Assembly: GCF_037042905.1 (NCBI RefSeq)
Contig: NC_087250.1
Span: 21,330,001-21,394,000, forward strand
Direction: 5' to 3'
Source: Lytechinus pictus
Taxonomy: Eukaryota
Length of the DNA stretch: 64,000 nt
Part shown: piece by piece, positions 40,049 to 54,447 of the stretch
How positions within the stretch are numbered: position 1 is the stretch's first letter
Layout of the letters: each line of letters opens with the position of its first letter
Translations under genes and position numbers: made by a program
Notes under the pieces: generated by a model
Databases searched by the model: none
Told to the model about the DNA's origin: nothing
What the model saw: only the letters and a program-made list of their open reading frames with translations

Positions 40049-41299
40049 CCCTTCCCTGCATTTGACTGAGAAACCTCACCCCACTTTTAAAACCCCCAAG
40101 TGCAAGGTTATGAAAATTTACATTACATTGACAATCATTAACTCGACAAATATGAACCTCTCAAAAAGTTATAAAACTCAAGTAAAGTGATGATATACAT
40201 TTGGTTTTTTCGTAACAATACCGTTGTAAAGCGCTATTATTTCTGTCTTTTTACAATAAGGTTTATAAGGTTCATAAGGGAGTATTTATTGTACAAATGA
40301 ATAAATATATGGAAATTTGCATTTTTGCATGGTATTGAACGTACAAAACATAGCATGGAGAATGGAAAATGAACATATTTACAGAAAATCAAACAGTCAC
40401 ATATAGACAAGCATGATAAACGAATATACACGTGCAAAGCATTTGAAACAATTAGTGTTATTGACATTAAAATTAGGATAGAAATTGAATTTGGAGCTGA
40501 AAGTAAGATATCAGATATTGAAATGAAATTGACAGAATCAAAATTAAAATCAGTATTGTAAATTTTCACAGCATTTTCCACTTATAATTGTTATTGTTAT
40601 CAGTATTTTCATATTATTATTTATTTTTTCAATATTGTTATTGTTTTAAAGAATAAAATCATATTCGGTCGTATAATTATGTTTATGTTACATTTCTCAT
40701 TCAAGGACTTTATATTGACTATTCGAGCCATTAATTATAAACAAACTTGTAGTATATTGTACAGTGTATGTATATACCATTACCCCCATGATCACCGTTT
40801 ACTTGATATGAGCATCGTCTGCGCCAACTACGCGACAAGGTAAAGTTAGATTATCAGGCATATAATTATTCTTACATAATCCCTTCCTCAATCAGCATTC
40901 GGATTGAGTTTGGCACGAATGAGTTTAAGAACCTATTTTGTTCTACAACGTGCTGACCGTAATCTATTACCCGATCTCATCCTTTCGTAGTTTAAATTCA
41001 ATGGGTGATCATTATTGTGTAGTATTTCTTTTGCCTTTTCGAGTATTCTGTTTCGACATACATCAATGAGGTTTAAGTCGTGTCCTGTTATTTTTCTGCT
41101 TGTCTGACCATTCTACTCAGTATATTCAGATCTTTCTTGCGACAGATTGTGTACCAAACCACACAATCAGATATGATGCTTTGATTAAATGCACCAAACG
41201 GATACAACTGACTAATTATCCACCATAAGATCCTATTTCGGTTCATGATCCATGGTCTAGGGGTAAAAAAAAAATGTTGATACAGGCTAAAGTGAATTA

Positions 41300-44200
41300 T
41301 AACCCCTCCAGTGTACCTGACAAATCCAAGATGGCGCCCAAAATGGCTGCCGTAGACTAAAAATCCACAATTCATCTAAGTGGCTTTAATTTGGTTTTTA
41401 TTCAATTTTTTTTAGGGTGAAGTAGTAAATTGGAACAAGTTACAAGGACAGCCAGTGGTCTGGTGTGTCCAAAAATCCAAGATGGCTTCCAAAAATGGAG
41501 TTTGAAATGGCTGTTGATAATAAAATCCACATAGTTCATTTCATATCCGCCTGGTACATAATGATTTTGGTGTTTATACCATGTTTTCAATGGTCAAATA
41601 AGACATTGGGGTAAATTTCAAGGACAGTCAGTGGTCCAGTATGTTAAAAAATCCAAAATGGCTTTAAAAAATGGAGTCTAAAATTGTTGTTGCTACTTTA
41701 AAAAACCCGACATACTTTGTTCAATATCCAGAAATATGATTTTTGTGTCTCTGCCATGGTTAAATGGGTCAAATAATACATTAGGACAAGTTACAAGGAA
41801 AGTCAGTGGTCTGGTTTGTGCAAAAATCCGCTATGGGTTCCAAAAATTGATTCTGAAATGGCTGCTAATAATTAAAGCGGATATGACTCATTTCATTTAT
41901 CGCCTGGGAGATGTGACTTTATTGTCTAAACCACAGGTTTCAAGGGTCAAATAATGCATTAGGATAAGTCAGTGATCTGATATGTCCAAAAATCGAAGAT
42001 GGCTTCCAAAAAATTATCTTAAAAATAGGCTGCTTATTCTTAAAGCGGACATAGCTTATTTCATATCGGCCTGGGAGATGTGATTTTGGTATCTAAACCT
42101 CTGGGTTTCAAGGGATAATTAATACTTCAGAGTAAGTTACAAAGACAGTCAGTGGCCTGGTTTGTCAAAAAATCGAAGTTGATTTCCAAAAACTGATTAT
42201 AAAATGACTGCTGATACCTAAAAGTGGCATAGCTCAATTTATATCCGCCTGTGATTTGATATATGTGTCTATAAACTATGGTTTTAAGGGTCAAATCATA
42301 AATTAGGACAAGTTACATTGACAGCCAGTGATCTAGTATGTCCCAATTCCAAGATGGCTTCCAAAAATGGAGTAAAAAATGTCTCATGTTACTCATAAAA
42401 GGGCAGTTTATTCAATATCTGTCTGGGGAATATGAGTTCGGTGTCTAAACCATGGTTTAAAAGGTCAAGTAATACACAAGGGTAAGTTACAAGACCAGTC
42501 AGTTGTTTTGTAATTATGTTTAAAAAATCCCAGATGACTTCACAAATGGGGTAAAACTTGACTGTTGTTAGTTAAAATCATACATAGTTTATTAGAAATA
42601 CCCCTCGGAGGTATGATTTTACTGTCTAAACTAAAGTTTAAAGGGTCAAGTAATACATTGGGTTAAATTAAAAGGACAGTCAGATGTCAGGTATGTCCGG
42701 AAATTGACGATGGCTTTAAAAAATGGGGGTCTTAAATGACTGTTGTTACTTAAAATTGGATATTACAAATACACATTGGGGATATTATTTTGGTATCTAC
42801 ACTAGGGTTTTAAGGGTAAACAAAAATACTTTGTGACTGGTTACCATGATATGCAGTTATCCATTTTGCCTTAAAATCCAAGTTGGCTGTAAAAAAATGG
42901 GTTTTAAAGTGACTGCTGTTACTTAAAAATTGATATAGTTCATACAATATCCACATGTGAGAAATAATCTTGGTGCGTACACTGTAATGCATGGGGATAT
43001 GTTATCATATTGTTTCATGAGCTGGTAACAGCACCCATTTTAATGAATTTTAGAATCCTCCATGGATTTTTTTTTTCAAAATGGAATACAAACTATCCTC
43101 GTTACTTGTCCGAATGCATAATTAAAATTGGTTGTTATTTGGTCATTATTTCGAATTGTTTATTCTGTTTTGATACATTTATTTCATATTCATTCCATAT
43201 CCTCATTTATTTTCTTCATTGATGTATAAGAAAAACCATCAGGAGAGACGGATACTTAATATTTTTGTTGTTATCGTTTTTTGTTTATCCATATATTTTA
43301 GTTAAGTTTTTCTTATTCTCTCCTTCTTGTTCTCCCCCTTTTCCTTTAATGTATATTGCCTAAGTATGCTATCCATGTTCTTATTTAATATGTTAGTTTT
43401 TTGTGAGCATTGTGTTTCTGTTTGTTCTGCTGCTCAAATCTGTCCTTCTTTCACTCTTCATCCCATGATTTCTTTTCCTTTCTAACAGTCTTCTGACCAC
43501 ACCGTTGGCTTCAGTAAATCTTCACCGTTTCGCCATGGCTACGCTGAATGATCATATTGCTTTTAACTCTATAACAGACAATGATTTATTTGATTTGTTC
43601 AGGTCCTCTCCTAGTCCAAGCAGCACAACTCCATCAAATTCTTTAGGTACTTATGATGATTATATAGCTGATCAAATCAATTCATCGGCCGAAGAGTTGC
43701 TGCTTAATCTTGGTCAACACGATCCAGCAAATAACCATTTTAGTAAATATATTACAGTTTCTCAATTTGACAACATTACCATGAACTTTAACTGTGACAC
43801 ACTCTCTCTTCTTCATCTTAATATAAGAAGCCTGAACAGACACTTTGATGAATTACAGATGCTTTTAAATAATCCCTCTCCTAAACCATTATCTGTTATA
43901 GGTGTAACAGAGACTTGGCTTTCACAGGACTCCAACCTTCCACTTTCTATTGACAATTATAACCTTGTTACTAAAAACCGGCAGGGGAGATTGGGTGGAG
44001 GCTTCGCGTTGTATATTCTTCATTAATTCCGTTATTTTATCCACGAAACAATTTCAATTAGTAATGATATAATGGAATCTCTTTTTCTAGAAATTGAAGT
44101 TTCAGGTGGTAGGAATGTTATTGTAGGTGTTGTTTACCGCCCTCCCAGCTCTAATGGTAACGATTTTATTGCTCGTTTATCTGACATACTTCGAAATGAT

Positions 44201-47200
44201 ATATTTAAAAGTAAAAATTGTTTTATTATGGGAGATTTTAATATAAATATTCTTAAATGTGCCTCTAATAATATTGCGCATGAGTTTATAGAAACATTTT
44301 TGTCTGCCTCTTTCTTGCCACTCGTTACCAAACCCACTCGTGTTGCAAATTTATCTAGTACATTAATTGATGATATTTTTTCCAATGTTGTTCCGCATCA
44401 TGATTCATACATTATTCTTTCAGATACAACTGATCATTACCCGATAATGACTTCCTACAAATTATCGCAACCCAATAATATTCACAGCCCCCGCCCTCTA
44501 CGACGTATAGTTAACGCACGGAATTTATCCAGATTGAATGATAGTTTAGAAAATGTGGACTGGTCTTGTGTTCTTGATTCAACTGATGTTAACTCTTCAT
44601 ATGATAATTTTATTACTTTACTTAATAGGCACATGGATACCTTTCTTCCAAAACAAAGAAAAAACAACAACAATGATTACAAGAAAACTCCTAGACTTCC
44701 TTGGATATCAAAATCTTTACTTCGTTCAATAAACCGAAAAAATAACCTATATTATAAATACAAATCAAAACCTACTGAAAAAAATAGAGAAAAATATACA
44801 TATTACAAAAACACTTTAACGAGAATAATTCGCTTAGAAAAGAAAAAATATCTTACTAATAAACTAGAATTACATAAACATGATATGCGAAATACTTGGA
44901 AAATTCTTAAACAAGCTATGAACATAGCGGATAACAAAATTGATATACAAAAATATCATCAAATTATATTGTTATTCAGGATTTTGATAACATAGCAAAT
45001 GCTTTTAATACTCATTTTTCTTCCATATGTAAAAATTTGGCCAACAATATACCGCCCTCTCGCGGGCATTTCTCTGATTTTCTTGTTCCCTCTAACCCGG
45101 GCTCGATCTTTTCAAATCCAACGCATATTCATGAAGTCATGGACATTGTTTCTAACTTAAGCAACAAGAAAAGCTCTGGATACGACGATATCAATAATAT
45201 TATAGTAAAATAAATTATTCCATTCATTGTTGTTCCCCTAGTTCAAATTTTTAATTTATCTTTAACTAACGGGCAAGTTCCTGATTCTATGAAAATCGCT
45301 AAAGTTATCCCATTGTATAAAAAGGGGGACAGGCTGAGCGTTAATAATTATCGTCCAATCTCTTTACTACCGTGTTTTTCAAAAAAAATTGAAAAAATCA
45401 TAAATGTTCGAACTTTCACTTTTTTAAAAGATCATGATATATTCTCAAATTTTCAATTTGGCTTTAAAGAAAAACACAGTACCGTTCATGATCTGTTGTC
45501 ATTCATTGAAAATGTAGCTCATGCCTTAGATAAGTCTTCTCATATGGTTGGTATATTTCTGGACTTCTCCAAGGCCTTTGATACAATCAATCACGAAATA
45601 TTACTCAGCAAACTTCTTCATTATGGTATACGTGGCAAGGCCTTGGAGTGGTTCAGGAATTACATTTCCAATCGAAAACAATTTGTTTCACTGAATGACC
45701 ATTCTTCCAACTTATGTGACATTAATTGCGGTGTGCCACAGGGAAGCCTTTTGGGACCTCTTCTTTTCATAATATATATTAACAATTTTTGCAGATCATC
45801 TGAAATTTTGTCTTTCATAATCTTTGCTGATGACACCAATTTATTTTTTTCTGATAAAGACCCACACACTCTTGTTCAAACAATCAATCAAGAACTGTCT
45901 AAAATACTCGAGTGGATTAGATGTAACAAACTTTCTCTTAATATTGAAAAAAAAAATACATGTTGTATAGTAACACCCAAAATTCATTATCTAATAGTAT
46001 TAGTATTAGGTTTGATAATTTTCAATTGGAATGTGTATCGAATATTATTTTTTTAGGTGTCACTGTAGATAATAAACTTTCTTGGAAGTGTCATATTGAC
46101 AGTATTTGCAAAACAATTGTTCGTAATATTTGTGTCATGAATAAATTAAGAATGTTCCTCCCGTCGACTTCCTTACTCACACTCTACTCTTCTTTAGTAT
46201 TACCATATCTTCACTACGGTCTTCTTATATGGGGAAACACACATCAAACTTTACTTAACAGGATTTTATTGCTGCAAAAGAAAGCACTTCGAATTGTTTT
46301 TTCTTCTCATGTACGTTCCCACACTGATCCCATTTTTTTCGAAAACAAACTTTTGAAGATCAGTGATCTTTACCTACTCCAGCTTGGCCAATTTATTACC
46401 AATACAATAATAATATGGTTCCTTTTATTTGTCACGACTTGTTCTTGAAAACAACTCCTCACACAATTACCCTACTAGACGTCGCGATGACCTTCATTTG
46501 CCTATGCTTAGAACGCTGTTCGCCCAAAATACATTTATATATAGGGGCCCAAAATTTTGGAACTCTCTCCACCCTGATATACAGTTTTCCCCTTCTCTGA
46601 ATTCATTTAAAAGAAAATTTAAATTCACTTTGTTGCAGTCTTACAAAACTTCACATTGATTCCTTTACCTCTACAATTTATTTATTTATTTATTGTTTAC
46701 CTGTTTACAGGTTACCCTCGGTGATTGTGTTAGATTGACTACACTTCTCTCATTCTCTCTCTCTCTCCCTCTCTTTCTCTTTTTGCCTTTCTCTTTCTCC
46801 ATTTCTTCCTTCTTCGGATTTACGCAGTTTGTGCAGCAATGTTTGTTGTCTTGTGTGTCTTATTTTGGTTGTTGTTTTGTTTTGTCTTCATGTCTTTTTT
46901 GTTGTCTCTGCTCACCTTTTAATATTAATTTCCTTTATTATAATTATTTTTTATATCTTTATTTCATTATCTATTTTGTATTGCTGCCTGCTTTTGGCCC
47001 ATATAGATTTAAGTGTTATGCTTTTGTTTTCTTCTTGAGTGGTCCACACTTTACAAGCTTTGCTTTTTAGTGGGCCACTCCATTTTTTCAACATATCTTG
47101 CATATTGTCATTATCAAATTGGAAATATTATCTTCTGTATCAGGTGTATATTCTTTATATTTGGTTTATTTGAATATTTATGTCATTTATATTTTCTGAT

Positions 47201-48530
47201 TATGTTTTATTTATTGTAATTATTGCATTGTAAATTTTGTTGGAATAATGAATAAATAAATGAATGAATGAATGAATAATTTAACCCTTCATACCAAAAT
47301 TTAGACACCAACATTCTTTCTTACAAATAGATATTGCAGATCTCTGACCATTATTGAGTGATATGAGTCGATTTAGATGCCTGTTTTGGAAACCCTCTTG
47401 GACAACTGCATATACATGTAACCTGTCCAAACGTATTATTTCAACCATGAAACCATAGTGTGGGCACCGAAATCATATCTCCTTGTTGGATTTTAAATGA
47501 ACTATGTCAAGTTTTAAAGTAACAGCAGTCATTTTTTGGAAGCCATCTTGGAATTTCGACATACTGGACCACTGACTGTCCTTGTAAATAATTTTCTGAC
47601 TTTTAAAACCATGGTAAAGACATCAAAATCATATTCCCTTGATGGATATTGCATGAGCTCTATCCATTTGTAAATACTAGCGGCTAATTTATACTATTTT
47701 AAGCCACTGTGGACTTTTGGACACTCTTGACCACCCATCGTCCTTGTAGCTTATCCCAATGCATTATTTGACCCATTCAACCACGGTATAGGCAAACAAA
47801 AATCATATTTCCGGATATTGAACAAACTATGTTATTATTTTTTTAAGTAGAAACAGCATTTTTTAAATCCATTTTTGGAAGCCATCTTGGATTTCTTAAC
47901 ATACTGGACCACTGACTGTCCCTGTAACTTATCCCAATGCATTATTTGACAATTGAAAGCATGGTCTAGACACCCAAATCATATCTCCCAGGTGGATATT
48001 ATATGAGCTATGTCAATTTTAGGTTACCATTTTAACAGCCATTTTAAACTCAATTTTTTGAAGCCATCTTGGCTTTTTGGACACAACAGACTACTGGCTG
48101 TCCATGTAACTTGTACCGATGTACTACTGCACCATCAAAACCATTGAATAAAAACAAAATTAAAGCCACTTAAGTAAGTAATAGATAAATTTTTGGTTTT
48201 TTAGCCTCCGGCAGCCATTTTGGGCGCCATCTTAGAATTTCCTGGTACCCAGGAGTGCTAATATTCACTCTAACTTGTATTAATATTCGTTTACCCACTG
48301 GGCCATGGAATATGAACCCAAATATAATTCTAGGGTGGATAATGAGTGAGTGATATCCATTTTCAGTGAATCCGGCCATCTTGGACGCCATCTTGAAAAT
48401 AACTAATTTCCCATACGCAGATTTTGGTAGATTTTTAGTATGTTATTCGTGAGGTCAAATAGTACCAAAAAACAGTGAAAAATAATTTGTTGCAATTTGT
48501 TCCGGGTCAAACCATATATTGACCCGTCTA
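41300..48530. mobile_element. Large inverted-repeat element built of ~177-bp tandem units, enclosing a LINE
   Basis: CAAGATGGCTTCCAAAAA units every ~177 bp at 41.45-42.95 kb, inverted at 47.3-48.15 kb. Unique parts 41325-41410 and 48143-48235 also pair. Confidence 0.7.
43505..47277 (+). mobile_element. L2/CR1-group LINE ORF2 (APE endonuclease plus RT), disrupted, with 3' UTR
   Basis: HLNIRSL, VTETWL, VYRPP, GDFN, DHYP, FLDFSKAFD, GVPQGSLLGP and FADDT, with several stops and frameshifts. Stem-loop at 47037-47080, then AATAAA and a (TGAA)n tail. Confidence 0.95.
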
Positions 48531-49361
48531 ACTAATTCACATGCAGCCGTCAATATTCAGCTAATACGGAGCTTTCTACCCGCACACCGAACGTTAGCTA
48601 CTACGAGTTAACTGTTGCGTATCGAGGTTGTGCAGACCTCGTTCGTTCTCTCGCAGAAGCGCTTTCGATTTTCACTACGGGGCCCTCGGCGATATCACGT
48701 GACTAAGTGTTCAGATCAAGTGACCAAATTTACATCGTATACGCTGAATCCATCCGAAATGGCGAACATCAGGCGCAGGCGCAGGCTGAACTTACACAGA
48801 GCTAGAGATATTTCTTTAAAATACTAACTTTTGTTAGGCCTAAGTAAGTTCAAGTAGTTCTTCTTCTTCTTCTTTCTGTTACTGCAGGCAAGGCAAACTC
48901 CTCAATCTGGATATAATTGCTGCAGGCTAAGAAAATACTAAGCCTACAGTGCCAAGTATTTTCTTCAAAATACCCATAAACACAAAATTCAATCCTAACA
49001 ATGTTCATAAACGAAATACCTGCGTTGCACCGATAGCTAAAAGTATATTCTCTATAGGCTACTCAGCCGACGTGCTGCCCGGCAGCCACGGCGGCCAGCC
49101 TCGTCGATTTCCGCTGGGAATCATGACTTACGCTATCATGGAAATGAAAACGTTCACTCCAATTTACATGATCTAAGAAACGATTTCATGAAAAATATGA
49201 TCGCATGGTGGTTGATTCATATCTAGAGCCCTCCCAACAAAATATTTTATGATGCAAGAAGTAGAAAAAAACAAAATAAACCAACCTAATCCGATTGTTT
49301 GGACAAGTAAAGATCGAAGAAATTGCACTCACGTTGTCGTTTTCACCGCAACGTGGAATCA

Positions 49362-49450
49362 GGGAAATTCCCCCCAACTCCCGTTGTCAGAATCGGGGGA
49401 CGACGTGAGAGCAAGCTTTCTGGCATGCGCAGTGGCAAAATATGACGTCA
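49362..49450. promoter_or_regulatory. Candidate NF-kB site (GGGAAATTCC) and CRE (TGACGTCA) cluster
   Basis: Consensus matches at 49362-49371 and 49443-49450 in CpG-rich DNA upstream of the NLR. Motif match only. Confidence 0.25.
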
Positions 49451-49669
49451 CTCGTAGTAGCTTGACGTTCGGTCTGGCGATAGAAAGCTACCTGAGCAAA
49501 TACAAGTACGGGACGTATACGCTGCTTCTGGCTGCTGACGTTACTTTACTCCCGAGGAAGCTAGCCAACCAAAATGACCAAGATCTTCGAACAGCAGACG
49601 AAGCGTACGCTAATTGACAACCCTTAGAGCTCGGGCATTCAGAGATGGAATCTGCATAAACGTCGTATA

Positions 49670-51851
49670 CAGGGACCTGGGAAGCGGGGGTGCTGGGGGT
49701 GCTGAAGCACCCCCATAAATTATCCTGGGGGTGCTGCGTGTATTATTTTCCATAGGCAGCACTCCCACGAAATCGGGTTCCCCCTGTATTTTTTGAAATA
49801 TGTTATAATCTACATAATTATGACATCCGACAATCGCAAATCATTTACATAGTCTTTCACATATTCCAATAACATCCCTCCTATAACGCGACTCAATCAA
49901 GCTCCAGCGGGGCAGCACTCCGATACAGACGTGGTCGCGCGCAATACGTTATAACCATACACACTATTGGGGGTGGTTGGACTTGAAACTTCCAGGTTTT
50001 ATGTCGAATCAAGTGAGCGCGCGCCCGACCGCCCGTGTATTGTATACAAAAATTACAAGTCAGACAATAGAAATCAAATTTCAGTCTTTTTCGCCCTGCC
50101 CCATGGCCCTGGGGGCTGGGAAGCGGGGGTGCTGGGGGTGAAGCACCCCAACAATTTGGGGGTGCTGCGTGTGTTATTTTCCATTGGCAGCGCACCTCCG
50201 GGAAATCTAGTGGTAGGTATGATAAATGACAGAAATGTAATGAAAATGAATGTTTTGTAGAACCCCCCCCCCCCTTCAGAATTTTCTGACACGTTACTTG
50301 AATAGTGTTTCAATTCACCCTCTTTCAGATCGGAATATCAAATATTTTCTGCTCGCACTTCGCGCCCGCATTATTGATTTTATAATAAAAAATGTATTTA
50401 GAATGCCCAGATACTAGGTCTAACTCTAAACACACGCAGGCATGTTTATTCAGACACGCAGCTTGATTGGGGGGGGGGGGGCTACTCCGGGCTAAAAATA
50501 TTAATATCAAATATATTTTATCAAAAAATAAATTTTATCAAAATCTGTTAACGATTAGTTAACTTATTTAATTTTAAAGTTTAGCAATATTTTATGAAAA
50601 TGGTGATATGCATGTCGTCATGAATATCTAAATAAGTGGGCTGATGCTGTGACATTCCCACTATCCTGTTTCTTGTGGAATCAAAATTGTTTCATTTTTT
50701 TCATACCAGAGTGAATGATATGTCTCCCCTATAATGAAATAAGTTGCAGCAAAGAATATCTAATGGACTAAATCAGTTGTCAATTCAACTGTTTTGGTTC
50801 TTGAAAGGGAAATATTGAATAAACCTAATTCTATATAATAAAATACAAAAGAACAAGTGGGGATATGACATCACCAGTTTGCTCATAGAATATTAATGAA
50901 GACATGCCTAAAACTGTTTCACCGGAATAATGCTAATCTTTAAAATGCAATAACTGTTTTATTCCTTGTCTGATTTTGATCAAATCTTTATTCTTATGTT
51001 CGTCTGAGTTTTCTTTATCTGTTCAAACCATTTTACATTCAGTGTGGAGTTTCAGATCAGAATATCAAAAATTTTCTGCTCGCGCTTCGCGCTCACATTA
51101 TTAATTTAAGAATATATCGAATTACCCATCATTTTCTTGATTTACAAAACATGAATAGAATGTCCCGTTTTCTGGTCTGAAATCTCAATTTTGTTTCCGC
51201 TCGCGCTTTGCGCTCGCATCAATTGTATAGTTATATACCTATCCTGTTCATGATTAGAAAAGTGCATTAGATGTCTCGTATTTAGGTTTGAAATCTCATT
51301 TTTATTTCCGCTCACGCTTCGCGCTCGCATCAATTAGATAGTTTTATACCTATCCTCATTATGATTAGAAAAGTGCTTAAAATCTCTCGTTTATTTGGTC
51401 TGAAATCTCAATTTTGTTTCCGCTCGCGCTTCGCGCTCGCATCAATTGTATAGTTATATACCTATCCTGTTCATATTTACAAAACGTGCTTAGAATGTCC
51501 AGTATTTAGGTCGGAATTTCAATTTTTTAAGCTCGCGCTTCTGCGCTCGCATTATTTGATTGTTGATATATGTATCGTCTTCATGGGTAACTGCAAAACA
51601 GTCCTTATAACACGTCCCTTTCGATCAGGCCAGAGCGTATATAAAAAAATATCTGCTCGCGCTGATCGCGCTCACAATTATTATTTGTTACATACGCATC
51701 TTGGACCACAAACATTGCTCAAAATGTTCAATTTTCAGGACAAAATACATGAAACAAACAAAAAATAGCTCGCGCTTCGCGCTCAAATTATCTAATTATA
51801 TATTTATGTTCTTTTATAAGAAGAAAGCTAAGAAGTGACTGTCATATATTA

Positions 51852-51903
<52 letters not shown>

Positions 51904-52018
51904 GGGTGTGTGTGTGTGTGTAATTATGGAAAACTCAATTGTGTCTGTCCCCCCCCCCCCTCACCTTTGAGGAGAGATTTCAGCGCCCCCACTGAAAAAA
52001 ATCGTTCCCAGGTCCCTG
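49670..52018. mobile_element. Non-autonomous hAT-like element
   Basis: Perfect 14-bp TIR CAGGGACCTGGGAA and perfect 8-bp TSD GTCGTATA (49662-49669, 52019-52026), with internal ~112-bp repeats. Confidence 0.9.
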
Positions 52019-54447
52019 GTCGTATAACGCTTTTCAATGGGCAGCTAGTGTCGTGTGCAAGCGTAAACTTATCTCCATCAGCGGCCTCTTAAAACCTTTA
52101 AATGTAAATTGTATTAAACTATCGCCTTCAAAAAACGAAACTTCCCCACTTTTTCATGTGTATTTCGTAATTAAATACCTAAATTTAGCAAAATAGTTGA
52201 GCTTACATAGTGGGCAAGAAAATTAATAAATAAAGATATAAAGCTACCTAGCGGGTCGTGGTGCCATATATTTAAAACAACTTCTCTTTCCTGGTACTTT
52301 TCACGTATCACAGGGTAAGATATTTGATGACTAAATGTAATGCCATTATTTTCTATAACATCCATATCTAAGGATGGGTCCATCCCAACGAAAAGTTGTT
52401 TTGAACAAAGAGGAGAAATTCCAACAAGCTACACTAGATTTTCATCAAAATCGATTGTAAAAAGGAGAGTTATGACATTTTGCTTAATTTTACAAAACAG
52501 TTATATGCACATCCTGGTCGGTATGCAAACGAGGGGACTGATGACATCACTCTCTTTTGTATATCATTATATGAAATATTGAATATTCTAATCAGCAGAA
52601 TATTATAATTTCTCATTTTATCCTCAATGGTATAAATTATGTTCTTCCTCCATTAACATGGGGGATTGCAAAAGTTTTAACACATTATCTTTCCATCAAG
52701 CTGGTCATTATCAAATCTGTAAAAAATGAAAGATTGTATGATTGAAAAAATGAAAAACCCACAATTTAATAGTGAGTAGGGACATCATCAACTCTCATTT
52801 CCGTGTTGCTGAGTTGTGCATTTAAATCTTTTGTGAAAAATAAGCGAAACTCTAAGATGTCATAACTTTTTTTTATTTTACATCCGATGTTTACGAAAAT
52901 TTCGTCTTCCATGAGCGGAAGTAAAGTGATTTGTATATATTGAAGTTTCTCCTGTATGATATAATTTTTTTTTCTAAAGATTTCTTTTCAAAATCTTTGA
53001 ACCATTTTCCTAAGGACTATACCAATAATCTCGAACTATTTTTTTATTTTACATATAACTTTTTCTCGGGGTGAATCGTCCATGTAAACGTCGTACTGTC
53101 TCAGTTTGTAACCGAATGGAGGAAGATGCTATGCCAAATAACTCGCGTCTTCACCACAACTTCACCCCTCTTCCTCATCGTCTCCCCCTCTCTATCTTGA
53201 TTTTCCCTCTTATCCCTCCATCGTTTTATGCCCAGGCCTATTTATTTATTTATCTATCTATCTATTTTCCCTCTCCCTTTCCCAATCATTTTACTTTGTA
53301 TCCCCTCTCCAGGGGCGGATCCAGCCTTCGCCAATAGGGGGGGGGGGGGCGGAAATTTTTTTCAGCCATATTTTCCCCGATCGACCGCTCGAAAATGATT
53401 GTTTGTTTGTTTCTTTGAAGGTTGTAGTCATATAAGTCACTTTTTAGCTTTAGTCTTTAAATCAACATAAATATGTAATATCACAATCCTTGTTTTATAA
53501 TGCGAGAGCGAAGCGCGAGAAAAGTTTTTCTTTAAATTGTATGTAGTTTTTCCTAAAATTTGAAGAAAAAAAAATATGTGCCTGCAATAATTACTACGAA
53601 CGCGAAGCGCGAGCAGAAATTTTTGATACAAGTTTTGAACTGATCGGAAAGGTAGGCCTACCTGTTTAAGACTGCTTGCGGTTTATAGCCATAAAGACGT
53701 TACATATTTCAACAATCAAATAATGCGAGCGCGAAGCGCAAGCTGAACCATTTTGACATTTCTACATAAAGAATGAAAAATTTCAATCAATTTTTGTAAT
53801 CATGAACAGGATAGCTATATAACTAAACAATTGATGCGAGCGCGAAGCGCGACCAGAAATTCTAGTTTTAGACCTAGAACGGGACACTCTATTCATGTTT
53901 TGTAAATCTTGAAAAGGATGAGTAAGAGGGGATCTTCCTACATTAATGATGCGAGCGCAAAACGCGAGCAGAAAATGTCTGTATACGTCTTGAACTGATC
54001 GAAATGTGCTTTTTACGAGCTGCTTGCACTTAGCCATGAGGACGTTACATATTTCAACAATCAAACAATGCGAGCGCGAAGTGCGATCGGAAAAATTCGA
54101 GATTTAGACCTAGAACGGGACACTCTATTCATGTTTTGTAAATCGTGAAAGGGATGAGAAAGGGGGAATCTTCCTACATTAATAATTCGAGCAAAAAGGG
54201 CGAGCATAAAATGTTGATAATGTGATCTGAAACTGGATAACTGAATGAACATGTGCGGGCGTGTTTAAGATTTAGACCTAGAATCTAGGCATTCTAGATA
54301 CACCCTTTTTCATGAAAATAAAAGCGAGCACGAAGCGCGAGCTTAAAATATTTGATATTCCGATCTGAAAAAGGGGGTAAATTTCAGCTTTATATTTCAA
54401 ACACTTTGTAGGAAAATTGTAAGATGGATATAAATCGCACTTGATAA

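Noticed and set aside
46693..47219. Hydrophobic ORFs resembling membrane proteins
   Set aside because: They come from the T-rich LINE 3' UTR.
51070..54345. CRISPR-like array of palindromic repeats with spacers
   Set aside because: Eukaryotic context, spacers are ~95 bp and related to each other, and there are no cas genes.
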